From positions 896,001 to 960,000 of the forward strand of contig OZ250153.1 in the NCBI GenBank assembly GCA_965237805.1: a stretch of 64,000 nt of DNA. Direction: 5' to 3'. Below, piece by piece: positions 51,763 to 62,857 of the stretch. Below the pieces are notes generated by a model that searched no databases, was not told where the DNA came from, and saw nothing but the letters and a program-made list of their open reading frames with translations. A program made the position numbers and the translations under genes. This stretch comes from Gammaproteobacteria bacterium (GTDB lineage Bacteria; Pseudomonadota; Gammaproteobacteria; JABABF01). The stretch's first letter is position 1. Each line of letters starts with the position of its first letter.

Positions 51763-52521
51763 TCAGCCCCCCGGCAGCGGCGCGTCGCCATCGGGGAAAT
51801 AAGCGAGCAAGTTGGGGCGCACTCGGTGTACATAGTGGAGGACGAAAGCATTGATCGCCATCTCCAACGGCCATAGTAGCAGGGCGACGAGCAACACCAA
51901 GCGGATGAGGGGGTTGCGCGAGCCGCGCTCCGCGCCGAGCCCCGCTTCGGCATGTGCAGCTGCCAGCGGATCTTCGTGTGCCGAGTGCTGGACGTGCTCA
52001 TAGTGATGCTGAGCAGGCGGGCGTGCCTGACCGATATCGATCCCGATCCCGGCACCCAGAACAACAACACAGACCCCAGCGGAGGTGGCCAAGGCCAGCA
52101 CCGTAGCCAGTGCAGCCGCCGCACGCACAGCTTGCGGCCAGTGCCGCCGCACGGCTTGGAACAGAAAATAGCCCACTACCGGCTCGATTCCGGTGATCAG
52201 GCCGTTCAAGCCCACCAGCGTTAGACCGCCGTGTCCGAATAGCGCCAACAGCAAGGAAGCCGAGAAGGCGGTCAAGAAGCCCAGCGCTGGCCCCAACAGC
52301 ACTCCCGACAGCACCAGCAGGTTGAAGTGGTAGAAGGCGAACTGCACCGACATCGCCAACACGACAACGGCGGTGACAACGCCGAGTAGCGCCACGCGCC
52401 GCAGCTCGCCCCGGCGCACAACATAGTGGCTGGCGAGGTAGAGCAAGGCGATTTCGACCAGCCAAGCCAAGGCGGCAAACCACACTGGGAACAGACCGTC
52501 TGGCAGATGCAGATGCGACAT
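51763..52521 (-). CDS. cbiM: CbiM/NikM-type substrate component
   Basis: MSHLHLPDG N-terminus, YH...LLGP, LLALFGHGGLTLVGLN. Confidence 0.85.
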   Translation of the reverse strand: MSHLHLPDGLFPVWFAALAWLVEIALLYLASHYVVRRGELRRVALLGVVTAVVVLAMSVQFAFYHFNLLVLSGVLLGPALGFLTAFSASLLLALFGHGGLTLVGLNGLITGIEPVVGYFLFQAVRRHWPQAVRAAAALATVLALATSAGVCVVVLGAGIGIDIGQARPPAQHHYEHVQHSAHEDPLAAAHAEAGLGAERGSRNPLIRLVLLVALLLWPLEMAINAFVLHYVHRVRPNLLAYFPDGDAPLPGG

Positions 52522-52572
52522 GGCGCTACCGGGGCACTCAAGTTGGCTGCACTATAGCGAAGCTGTCAATAG

Positions 52573-54453
<1,881 letters not shown>

Positions 54454-54467
54454 CGATGGGGGATGGC

Positions 54468-55532
54468 ATGCGCGTTGGCATCGCTGGTGCTGGCCTCATG
54501 GGGCGGCTGCTGGCGTGGCGCCTGCTGCGCTGTGGCTGCCGAGTGCAACTCTACGATGCCGACCAGCCTGCGGGACGAGCCAGCGCTGGCATGACCGCCG
54601 CTGGCATGTTGGCAGCGGTCGGCGAGGCGGCCGATGGAGAAGCGGCTGTGGCGGCTCTGGGACGCGGCGCGGTCACTGCATGGCGCGGCTTGTTGGCAGA
54701 GCTCGATGCCGATGGTGCGCCCCCTGTGTGGTTGCAGGATCACGGCAGCCTAGTGGTGGCTCATGTGGCCGATGCCAACGAATTGGAGCGCCTGCGCCAA
54801 CGGCTGGCCGTACGCGTCGAAGCCGGGCGGTTCGATGTGTTGGACGCAGCGGCGCTGGGCGAGCTGGAGCCCGAATTGGCAAATCGCTTCGATCGCGGGC
54901 TGTTCCTGCCGGAAGAGGGTTGCCTCGACAATCGCCAGCTGTTGGTAGCGCTGGAATCTGCCATCCGCCGCCTAGGGGGCGAGTGGTTCGCCGGCACGCC
55001 GGTGGAAGCACTCTCGCCGGGGCGGTTGCGCTGTGCTGATGGCTGGCACCATTTTGATCTGGCGGTGGATTGCCGTGGTGCCGGTGCGGTCGGGCAGTGG
55101 TCGGGCCTGCGCGCCGTGCGCGGCGAGCTGCTGCGCATCGTAGCACCCGAATTGCGACTGTCGCGGCCAGTGCGTTTGGCTCATCCGCGCTATCAGCTGT
55201 ACATCGCCCCGCGCAGCGGCGATGCCTATGTGGTTGGAGCCACCGAGATCGAGAGCGCTGCGGACAGTGCGGTGACCGTGCGCTCTGCACTGGAATTGCT
55301 ATCGGCACTGTTCAGCCTGCACCCCGCTTTTGCAGAAGCCGAGCTGGTCGAGTTGAACGCTGCCTGCCGGGCGGCCTTCAGCGACCAGCTGCCGCGGGTG
55401 GAGGCCGAAGCTGGGCTGCTGCGCATCAACGGACTCTACCGTCACGGCTTCCTGCTGGCACCGGCGCTGCTGAACAAAGCCTTGGCCACGCTGCCGCTAC
55501 CGCAGCCGGTGCCGCTGGCGGTCGCCTCATAA
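54468..55532 (+). CDS. thiO: Glycine oxidase
   Basis: GAGLMG, AAGML, VRGE, VGAT, NGLYRHGFLL; thi operon context. Confidence 0.9.
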   Translation: MRVGIAGAGLMGRLLAWRLLRCGCRVQLYDADQPAGRASAGMTAAGMLAAVGEAADGEAAVAALGRGAVTAWRGLLAELDADGAPPVWLQDHGSLVVAHVADANELERLRQRLAVRVEAGRFDVLDAAALGELEPELANRFDRGLFLPEEGCLDNRQLLVALESAIRRLGGEWFAGTPVEALSPGRLRCADGWHHFDLAVDCRGAGAVGQWSGLRAVRGELLRIVAPELRLSRPVRLAHPRYQLYIAPRSGDAYVVGATEIESAADSAVTVRSALELLSALFSLHPAFAEAELVELNAACRAAFSDQLPRVEAEAGLLRINGLYRHGFLLAPALLNKALATLPLPQPVPLAVAS

Positions 55533-55536
55533 CACC

Positions 55537-55737
55537 GTGCGTATCCATATCAACGGCACTGTCTGCGAGCTGGTGTCCCCGTGTCCGCTGGCACAGCTGA
55601 TCGAGTCGCGCCACGGCATTGATGCCGAAGTCGCGGTGGCACTGAACGGGGATTTCGTGCCCCGCGCCGAGTGGCCCCGCCGCCAGCTGCGCGCCGAGGA
55701 CTGCGTCGATGTGGTCGCACCGGCAGAGGGGGGCTGA
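55537..55737 (+). CDS. thiS: Sulfur carrier protein
   Basis: 66 aa, AVALNG, C-terminal GG. Confidence 0.93.
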   Translation: MRIHINGTVCELVSPCPLAQLIESRHGIDAEVAVALNGDFVPRAEWPRRQLRAEDCVDVVAPAEGG

Positions 55738-55740
55738 GCA

Positions 55741-56577
55741 ATGGCAACGCTGGCAGACAGCTGGACGCTCTACGGCAAAACACTGCAAAGCCGCCTGTTG
55801 CTCGGCACAGCACGCTACCCCTCACTCGACAGCCTCGGCGCGGCCGTGCGCGCCTCCGGGGCTCAAATCCTGACTGTCTCGTTGCGCCGACAGGCGCCGG
55901 AACGCAGCGGCGGACGCTCGTTGTGGCAGTTTCTGCAAGGCCTCGAGCGACAGCTGTTGCCGAACACCGCTGGCTGCCACAGTGTGAAGGAAGCGCTGGC
56001 GCTGGCCGAGATGGCGCGCGAGCTATTCGCCACCGACTGGATCAAGCTGGAAGTCATCGGCGACGACTACAACCTGCAGCCCGATCCACTAGCCACGGTG
56101 GAAGCGGCACGCGAGCTGGTGCGGAGCGGCTTCTGCGTCTTTCCATACTGCACCGAGGACTTGGTGCTCGCGCAACGCCTGTTGGAGGCAGGCTGTGAGG
56201 TGCTGATGCCGTGGGGCGCACCGATCGGCACTGGCCGTGGCCTGCTCAACCCCTATGCGCTGAGCACACTGCGCGAGCGCCTGCCCGAGGCGACGCTGAT
56301 CATTGATGCTGGCATCGGCCTGCCATCCGATGCGACACGAGCCATGGAAATGGGCTATGACGGCGTGTTGCTGAACACAGCGGTGGCCATGGCGGGCGAT
56401 CCGGAAGCGATGGCCGCCGCCTTTGCTGCCGCTGTGATCGCCGGTCGAGGTGCGCGGCGCGCCGAACCGATGCCGCCGCGCCAGACAGCGGTGCCAAGTA
56501 CACCGACCTTGGGCACACCGTTCTGGCATCAGGACGGACGCGCCGTCCGCGGTGGCGATGGCGGCGGCAAATCGTGA
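55741..56577 (+). CDS. thiG: Thiazole synthase
   Basis: [48 protein letters not shown]. Confidence 0.96.
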   Translation: MATLADSWTLYGKTLQSRLLLGTARYPSLDSLGAAVRASGAQILTVSLRRQAPERSGGRSLWQFLQGLERQLLPNTAGCHSVKEALALAEMARELFATDWIKLEVIGDDYNLQPDPLATVEAARELVRSGFCVFPYCTEDLVLAQRLLEAGCEVLMPWGAPIGTGRGLLNPYALSTLRERLPEATLIIDAGIGLPSDATRAMEMGYDGVLLNTAVAMAGDPEAMAAAFAAAVIAGRGARRAEPMPPRQTAVPSTPTLGTPFWHQDGRAVRGGDGGGKS

Positions 56578-58175
56578 ACACCGCTGGCGAGCCCCCCGTC
56601 ATCTGGGTGGTGGCTGGCTCTGACTGTAGTGGTGGTGCCGGCCTGCAGGCGGATGTGATCGCCTGTGCCGACTTCGGCTGCCATGCCTGCCCGGTGCTGA
56701 GCGCGGTGACAGCACAGAGCATGGACACATTGCGGGCAGTGTATCCCCTCGATGCCGAGCAGTTGAGGAGTCAATTGTCGGCGCTGGCCACGACGATGCC
56801 ACCGCGGGCGATCAAGCTCGGCATGCTGGGCGGTGCCGACACGCTGGGCGTGATCACCGATTTCCTAGACAATGACAAGACTTTCGTGGTCTGTGATCCA
56901 GTGCTAACGACCAGTGGCGGCGACCCCCTGATCGACACTCAGGGCATCGCGGCCATGCGCCATCAATTGCTGCCCAAGGTGGATTTGCTGACGCCAAATC
57001 TGCAGGAACTCAAACGGCTGTCGGGGCGTCAGAAAATCGCTCACCCGCAGGATATCGAAGAAGCCGCCAAGATCTTGCTCGGCTTCGGCGCCAAATCGGT
57101 GTTGGTCAAGGGCGGACATCTGCAGCTGGGCGGCGATGCAGATTTTTGCTGTGACTACTGGACCGACGGCATCGATCCCCACTGGTCGCGCAGCCCCCGT
57201 ATCGACACCGCACGGCAGCGGGGCACCGGTTGCACTCTGGCCTCAGCGGTGGCAGCAGCCAAGGCCCGCGGCCACCCATTGCGCGATGCGATGGTGCTGG
57301 CTCGTATGTACCTGAACCGCCGTCTCGGCGCGGGGCGAGGCACACAGCAGCTCGGTGCCCTGCCTTTGCACGACGGCGGCGAGAGTTTGGCCGAACTGCC
57401 GACGGTACACGATGAATACCCCAGTGCCTCGACCCCAAAATTTGCCGTCTGTCCCAGACGCCCAATAGCGTTGTACCCGGTAGTGGACAGCGCCAAGTGG
57501 GTCGAGCGCCTATTCCGGCTCGGTGTGCCCACCGTGCAGCTGCGCATCAAGAGCGGTGCGCGCAAGGGGATTGCGGCTGAAGTGGCACGCTCCGTGGCAC
57601 TGGCTCGACGCCACAGCGCCAAGCTGATCGTCAACGACTACTGGCGCATGGCCATTGAAGTGGGGGCGTGGGGAGTGCATCTGGGACAATCCGATTTGGC
57701 TGCCGCCGACTTGGACGCGATGGCGGTGGCTGGCCTGCGCTTGGGCGTCAGCGTCCACGGTTGGCACGAGTTGGCACGCGCCCATGCGGTGGCACCCAGC
57801 TACATCGCCATCGGGGCCATCTTCGAGACCACTAGCAAGGAGCTGCCGACCGCCCCGCAGGGGCTCGAGCGACTGGCACGCTGGTGCCGCCTGCTCAAGG
57901 GTCATTATCCGGTGGTGGCGATCGGTGGCATCGCGGCGGACAATGCACTGGAGGTGCTGGATGCTGGTGCCGACGGTATCGCTATGATCAGCGCCATCAT
58001 CGGCACCGACGATTGGGCAGCCGCCACGCGCCATCTGTTGCGGCTGAGCGGTGGCGCGGCACCGACGAGCAGCGGGCGACGCGGCAGGCTGAACCAGCGG
58101 ACACCACGGAGTAAACCGCCTTCGAGGCACCGCATCACAGCCTCATTCAGGGGGTGTCGTAGCCCATCGGATTAG
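56574..58175 (+). CDS. thiDE: Fused HMP/HMP-P kinase (ThiD) and thiamine-phosphate synthase (ThiE)
   Basis: [28 protein letters not shown]; then [27 protein letters not shown]. Confidence 0.92.
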   Translation: MNTAGEPPVIWVVAGSDCSGGAGLQADVIACADFGCHACPVLSAVTAQSMDTLRAVYPLDAEQLRSQLSALATTMPPRAIKLGMLGGADTLGVITDFLDNDKTFVVCDPVLTTSGGDPLIDTQGIAAMRHQLLPKVDLLTPNLQELKRLSGRQKIAHPQDIEEAAKILLGFGAKSVLVKGGHLQLGGDADFCCDYWTDGIDPHWSRSPRIDTARQRGTGCTLASAVAAAKARGHPLRDAMVLARMYLNRRLGAGRGTQQLGALPLHDGGESLAELPTVHDEYPSASTPKFAVCPRRPIALYPVVDSAKWVERLFRLGVPTVQLRIKSGARKGIAAEVARSVALARRHSAKLIVNDYWRMAIEVGAWGVHLGQSDLAAADLDAMAVAGLRLGVSVHGWHELARAHAVAPSYIAIGAIFETTSKELPTAPQGLERLARWCRLLKGHYPVVAIGGIAADNALEVLDAGADGIAMISAIIGTDDWAAATRHLLRLSGGAAPTSSGRRGRLNQRTPRSKPPSRHRITASFRGCRSPSD

Positions 58176-59172
58176 CCTGTTGCCAGCGCCAATGGTCCCG
58201 CGCCATCTGCTCCAAACCATATTCGGCGCGCCAATCCAGTTCGCGCTCGGCACGCGACACATCGGCGTAGATGGCGGCGATGTCGCCGGGACGTCGAGCT
58301 CGTACCTGCTGCGGCAGGGGGTGTCCGCAAGCGCGCTCGCAAGCGGCGATGACCTCGCGCACCGAATAGCCGCGACCGGTGCCCAGATTCCAGGTATGTA
58401 CCCCAGCTGCCTGCGACGCGTCGGCCAGCACCTCCAGCGCCCGCACATGTGCTGCGGCCAGATCCCAGACATGGATGTAATCGCGCACAGCAGTGCCGTC
58501 AGGCGTCGGGTAGTCGTCGCCGAATATGCTCAGCTCGGGCAGGCGTCCAGCGGCGACCTGGACGATGCGCGGCAAAAGATTGGCAGGTTCCCCACGCGGA
58601 TCTTCGCCGATGTTGCCGCTGGGATGGGCGCCGATGGGATTGAAATAGCGCAACAAAGCGGTGCGCCAACCGGGCTCGGCGACGGCAAGATCCCGCAACA
58701 GCTGCTCGATCAAGTATTTTGACCAACCGTAGGGATTGCTCGCTCCGGTCGGCGCCGATTCGTCGACTGGCACAGAACGCGGCTCGCCGTAGACCATGGC
58801 GGAAGAGCTGAACACCAGTGTTCGCAGACCAACCCGCTCCATCGCACGACACAGGTTGATCGTCCCGCGCAGGTTGACTTCGTAGTAGCGCAAGGGCTGC
58901 GCCACCGAGTCGGCCACCGCCTTGAGCCCGGCCAAGTGGATGACGCCATCATATGCACCCTCCTGCAACAGTGCCGCCAGCGCCTCGGCATCGAGCAGAT
59001 CCAATTCGACACACTGCGGGCGGCGACCGCTGAGCGCGGCGATGCGCGCGATCACTGCCGGATTGCTGTTGGCAAAGTTGTCCACCACCGTGGTCTCGTG
59101 GCCAGCGTCGAGCAGGGCGGCCACCACATGGCTACCGATGTAGCCAGCCCCGCCAGTTATCAGGATACGCAC
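58147..59172 (-). CDS. galE: UDP-glucose 4-epimerase
   Basis: TGGAGYIGSH, FSSSA, YGWSK, LRYFNPIGAH, DGTAVRDYIHV, NLGTG. Confidence 0.96.
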   Translation of the reverse strand: MRILITGGAGYIGSHVVAALLDAGHETTVVDNFANSNPAVIARIAALSGRRPQCVELDLLDAEALAALLQEGAYDGVIHLAGLKAVADSVAQPLRYYEVNLRGTINLCRAMERVGLRTLVFSSSAMVYGEPRSVPVDESAPTGASNPYGWSKYLIEQLLRDLAVAEPGWRTALLRYFNPIGAHPSGNIGEDPRGEPANLLPRIVQVAAGRLPELSIFGDDYPTPDGTAVRDYIHVWDLAAAHVRALEVLADASQAAGVHTWNLGTGRGYSVREVIAACERACGHPLPQQVRARRPGDIAAIYADVSRAERELDWRAEYGLEQMARDHWRWQQANPMGYDTP

Positions 59173-59189
59173 GCTGTGCCGACAGTGAT

Positions 59190-60386
59190 TCAGCTGCCCG
59201 ACGAGGGGCGGTCAAAACCATACATTGCGCGGTAGTCGGCAAATTCTCTTTCGATCCACGCGGCGTCGAGGCCAAATTCCTCAAGGCTGTACTCATGCTT
59301 GGCGCGCAATTCGCGCCGGTTGGCCTCACGCCAAGCCTCCATCTCCCGTTGCGCCTCTGCGCCCAACTCCAACCCCAAATGTTGATAAATCTTCTGGCTC
59401 ACCGCCATCGGATCGGAGATCGTCTCGTGGTAATCGATGTCGATAAAGCGGTCGGCGGGCAACTGTTCGCGCATACGCATCGCCCGGCGCAGGAAGTCAC
59501 GGCAACGCAGGCCCCACACTTGGACGATCTCCGAGCGATCTGGGTCGGGCATGTGCGCCGCCCAGCCGGAATAGATCATGCTGGCGAAAGAGGGGATCGT
59601 CTGCATCGGGTCGCGGTGGCTCTGCACCAGCGTGGCATCGGGGAAAACACGCATGATTTCGGCGATGCGCCCTAAATGCTCAGGCGATTTCAATACCCAG
59701 CGCTGGCCGCGATCGCCGCGACGACGCTTCTGCCACTGCAGGAATTTGAGCATCTTCTCCAGATAGCGGTACCCCAGCTCGTGGTCGGCACCGCGCTCCC
59801 AGCGGTCGTACGACGGGACATTGCACATCGACTGCGGCATGCCGCTCATAAAAGCGTGCTCAAGCAGCATGATCTCCTCGTCCGGACCGACCGGATCCAT
59901 CGGGTGGATGGCATCGAGCCCAGGGTAGTTCTCGAGCATGAAGCGCACTTCTTCCTCGGCGCGGGGGATACGCGGGTCAATCTCTTCCGCCTCGCTGCCC
60001 GGCAGCGGCACCGGGTAGCGACACTCATACCACAGCACAGCGAGGACTTCGGGATCGCTGGCCAACAGGCGATGCAACATCGTCGTGCCGGTGCGCGGCA
60101 AAGCGGCGATGAACACCGGAGCCTCGATGCGCTCGTCGAGAATCTCGGGATATCGCCGGAACCAGTCCTCGGCGTAGAGACGGTTTGCCAACAGGCCGAC
60201 AATGCGCTCGGCCAACACCGCCCGACCCGCCTCGTGGACACCGGACTCCTCGTCGATGGATCGCAGCAGCAGTTTCAGCGGCTCGATGAAGTCCTCCTGA
60301 GCGGCACCGAAGTCGTCACAGCCACTGCGCTGGCGGGCAGCGGCCAGCATCGCATCCAGTTCAAAGTTCGGCACACTGTCGTTCAT
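59190..60386 (-). CDS. Sulfotransferase family protein (Sulfotransfer_3 type)
   Basis: AALPRTGTTML, WVLKSPEHL, SHRDP...S, HEYSLEEFGL. Confidence 0.9.
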   Translation of the reverse strand: MNDSVPNFELDAMLAAARQRSGCDDFGAAQEDFIEPLKLLLRSIDEESGVHEAGRAVLAERIVGLLANRLYAEDWFRRYPEILDERIEAPVFIAALPRTGTTMLHRLLASDPEVLAVLWYECRYPVPLPGSEAEEIDPRIPRAEEEVRFMLENYPGLDAIHPMDPVGPDEEIMLLEHAFMSGMPQSMCNVPSYDRWERGADHELGYRYLEKMLKFLQWQKRRRGDRGQRWVLKSPEHLGRIAEIMRVFPDATLVQSHRDPMQTIPSFASMIYSGWAAHMPDPDRSEIVQVWGLRCRDFLRRAMRMREQLPADRFIDIDYHETISDPMAVSQKIYQHLGLELGAEAQREMEAWREANRRELRAKHEYSLEEFGLDAAWIEREFADYRAMYGFDRPSSGS

Positions 60387-60413
60387 CGCGACACCATCCG
60401 CCCAAACCGCACC

Positions 60414-61547
60414 CTAGGCGGCACCGGCCAAACTGTCCACCGCCACGACCTGGGTCTGCGGATGAGTAATGTCGTCGCGGTCGACCAGGCCGATCCAGCG
60501 GAATAGCATGGTGCCGCAGTCGTGCCCGGTGGTGCTGAGCCAGTTGGGCACACCGGGATCGCGGTGGGCGACAACAAAGCGCACACTGCCGTCGGCATTC
60601 TGCGTGGCGGTGAACTTATTCAGGTGGATACGGTGGTAGCGATAATCCAGCGATTCCAGCCAATAGTTGCAGAGCTGAAAATTCCAGTAGTCGCAATCTG
60701 GCACGCGATCCAGATCGACCACCAGCGCCTCGTCTGGTGCCAGCTGCCAGTAGGAGTTGTAATAGAGGATGTTGGGATCACCGCCGACGCGCTGGCAGAG
60801 CTCCTGATCTTCCAGCGGCAGGCGATTGGTATTTTCCTGATAGCGCGCCGACCAATCGCAAAATAGCCGCACCGTGCCGTCGAAGAATTTGCGGGCCGCC
60901 TCGAGATTGCTGCCGAACACGGCGGCATCAAGCGGTGCCGGTGCCGACCCGGCGTCCAAGCATTCGATGTCGATGTCGGCCAATTGCTCGCGGTCGCGAT
61001 GGGCGAAGGTCTGGCGGATCAGCAGGGCCTGGGTCTGCTCGGTGATCGGCAACCAATTGCCCTCGCGACGCTCTCTGCTGACACGGATCTCAAAGTTGCC
61101 GTCGGCATCGATCTCCAGATCGCCATTGTCGAGGAAGCCGGTGCTGAGCATGGTGCCGTCCTCACCGTAATTGCTGCCTTGGGAGAGAAAGCTGAGGTAG
61201 TGAACCGTGTTGCGTCGACCGTGGATACGGTACTCATGGTGCCCATCCACCACACATTTCTGGTAGCAGTTGTCGGGGTTATCGCCACCGATCTTGATGA
61301 TTTCGTCGCTGGGACGGTAGATCACCGGGAACTGGGGATCGTTGAATTCGACGAAGGTCTCCAGCGCCGTGCGGGCAATGCGAGCCACATAGCGGTAGCC
61401 CTCCGCCCGATCCAGTGGGCTGGACGCCGCCTCGCTACGCTGCACCTGGCGACCGGTCTCCCGCAACTGATCGCAGAATGCCTCCCACAAACTGCCGTCC
61501 ACCACGGCGCGTTCCAGCGCCTGCCGGTCGGGTGTCTGTGTCACCAT
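60414..61547 (-). CDS. DUF1214 domain protein
   Basis: DRAEGYRY, KIGGDNPD, DADGNFEI, PDEALV, YWNFQL...WLESLDY, DPGVPNWL...FRW. Confidence 0.82.
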   Translation of the reverse strand: MVTQTPDRQALERAVVDGSLWEAFCDQLRETGRQVQRSEAASSPLDRAEGYRYVARIARTALETFVEFNDPQFPVIYRPSDEIIKIGGDNPDNCYQKCVVDGHHEYRIHGRRNTVHYLSFLSQGSNYGEDGTMLSTGFLDNGDLEIDADGNFEIRVSRERREGNWLPITEQTQALLIRQTFAHRDREQLADIDIECLDAGSAPAPLDAAVFGSNLEAARKFFDGTVRLFCDWSARYQENTNRLPLEDQELCQRVGGDPNILYYNSYWQLAPDEALVVDLDRVPDCDYWNFQLCNYWLESLDYRYHRIHLNKFTATQNADGSVRFVVAHRDPGVPNWLSTTGHDCGTMLFRWIGLVDRDDITHPQTQVVAVDSLAGAA

Positions 61548-61718
61548 AGCTCTGTGCTTCCAACTGCCATGCCGCCCCAAGCCCAAGAAAGACACAAGCT
61601 GCGCCTGTATGAAGTGTATACTACGATATTGGTAGCGACTTGTAGCTGCCATGGTCATCATTGGGCGCGCCCATCGCCACAGTGGCTTGAGAGTTGTTTC
61701 TGAAAGAGGTTCTAAACA

Positions 61719-62831
61719 ATGCCCAAGCAGATGACAGCAGCCGTGCTGGAAGCCTCAAAGCAAAAATTCAGTCTGTCCGACAATGTCGAGATCATCGACC
61801 CCCGTGCTGGCGAAGTGCGGGTGCGAGTCAAGCACTGTGGCGTCTGCCACTCTGACCTCAGCGTGGCGGACGGCGTATTTGCGACCGAACAGCCAATCAT
61901 CTTGGGGCATGAAGCAGCTGGCACTGTCGATGCGGTCGGCCCCGGCGTCACCCACCTCGCCCCCGGCGATTCGGTGGTGCTATCACCTGCCCCACCCTGC
62001 GGGCACTGCTACTACTGCCAGCGCGACGAACAGAGCCTGTGTGTGGACTCCATCAGCCTGATGACCCACGCCCTGCCCTCAGGCGACACCGGGCTGTCTC
62101 GGGATGGTGCCCCCGTGTTGCGCGGCGTCGGCGTCGGCGCTTTCGCCGAATATGCGATCACCACCACCCACGGCGCGGTCAAGGTGCCAGCCGATGTGCC
62201 ACTGGATGTCGCCTGCGTCATCGGCTGCGCCATGCAGACCGGTGTCGGCGCGGTGTTCAACATCGCCCGCATGGAACCCGGCGCGACAGCGCTGATTATG
62301 GGCCTGGGCGGTATCGGCTTGGCCGCAGTGCAGGGAGCCGTGTTGGCCGGAGCCTCGCGGCTAATCGTCTCGGATCCGATCGCCGAACGACGCGAGTTGG
62401 CGGGCAGTTTCGGTGCCACCCATCTGCTGGATCCCAAACATGACGATGTGGTGGCTTGTGTGCGCGAGCTCACCGGCGGCATCGGCGTCGACTACGCTTT
62501 TGAAACCGCTGGTGTCGGCGCTCTGTTACAGCTCGGGCACGACGCGATCCGCAATGGCGGGACGCTGGTCTGTGTCGGCGCACCGCCACTGGATGCCACG
62601 CTGAAGATCGAACCGGCCGCGCTATTCGTCACTTCCCAAAAACGCATCCTCGGTTGCCTGCTCGGCGGTAGCAATTCACCCTATGAAATCCCACGGCTGA
62701 TCGGACTGTGGCGCACCGGGCGCTTGAATCTCGAGGCAATGATCACCCGGCGGCGCCCACTGGCCGAAATCGCTCACGCCTTTGATGATCTGCGACAGGG
62801 CATCGGCGTGCGCACCGTGCTGAATATCTGA
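61719..62831 (+). CDS. Zn-dependent alcohol dehydrogenase (MDR family)
   Basis: GVCHSD, GHEAAG, CGHCYYC...C structural Zn site, GCAMQTG, GLGGIG. Confidence 0.93.
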   Translation: MPKQMTAAVLEASKQKFSLSDNVEIIDPRAGEVRVRVKHCGVCHSDLSVADGVFATEQPIILGHEAAGTVDAVGPGVTHLAPGDSVVLSPAPPCGHCYYCQRDEQSLCVDSISLMTHALPSGDTGLSRDGAPVLRGVGVGAFAEYAITTTHGAVKVPADVPLDVACVIGCAMQTGVGAVFNIARMEPGATALIMGLGGIGLAAVQGAVLAGASRLIVSDPIAERRELAGSFGATHLLDPKHDDVVACVRELTGGIGVDYAFETAGVGALLQLGHDAIRNGGTLVCVGAPPLDATLKIEPAALFVTSQKRILGCLLGGSNSPYEIPRLIGLWRTGRLNLEAMITRRRPLAEIAHAFDDLRQGIGVRTVLNI

Positions 62832-62857
62832 ACAGAGAGACGACTGGAGCTTGCGCC

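Noticed and set aside
56574-58175. ThiD-ThiE fusion as a novelty
   Set aside because: Such fusions are already known in bacteria and plants.
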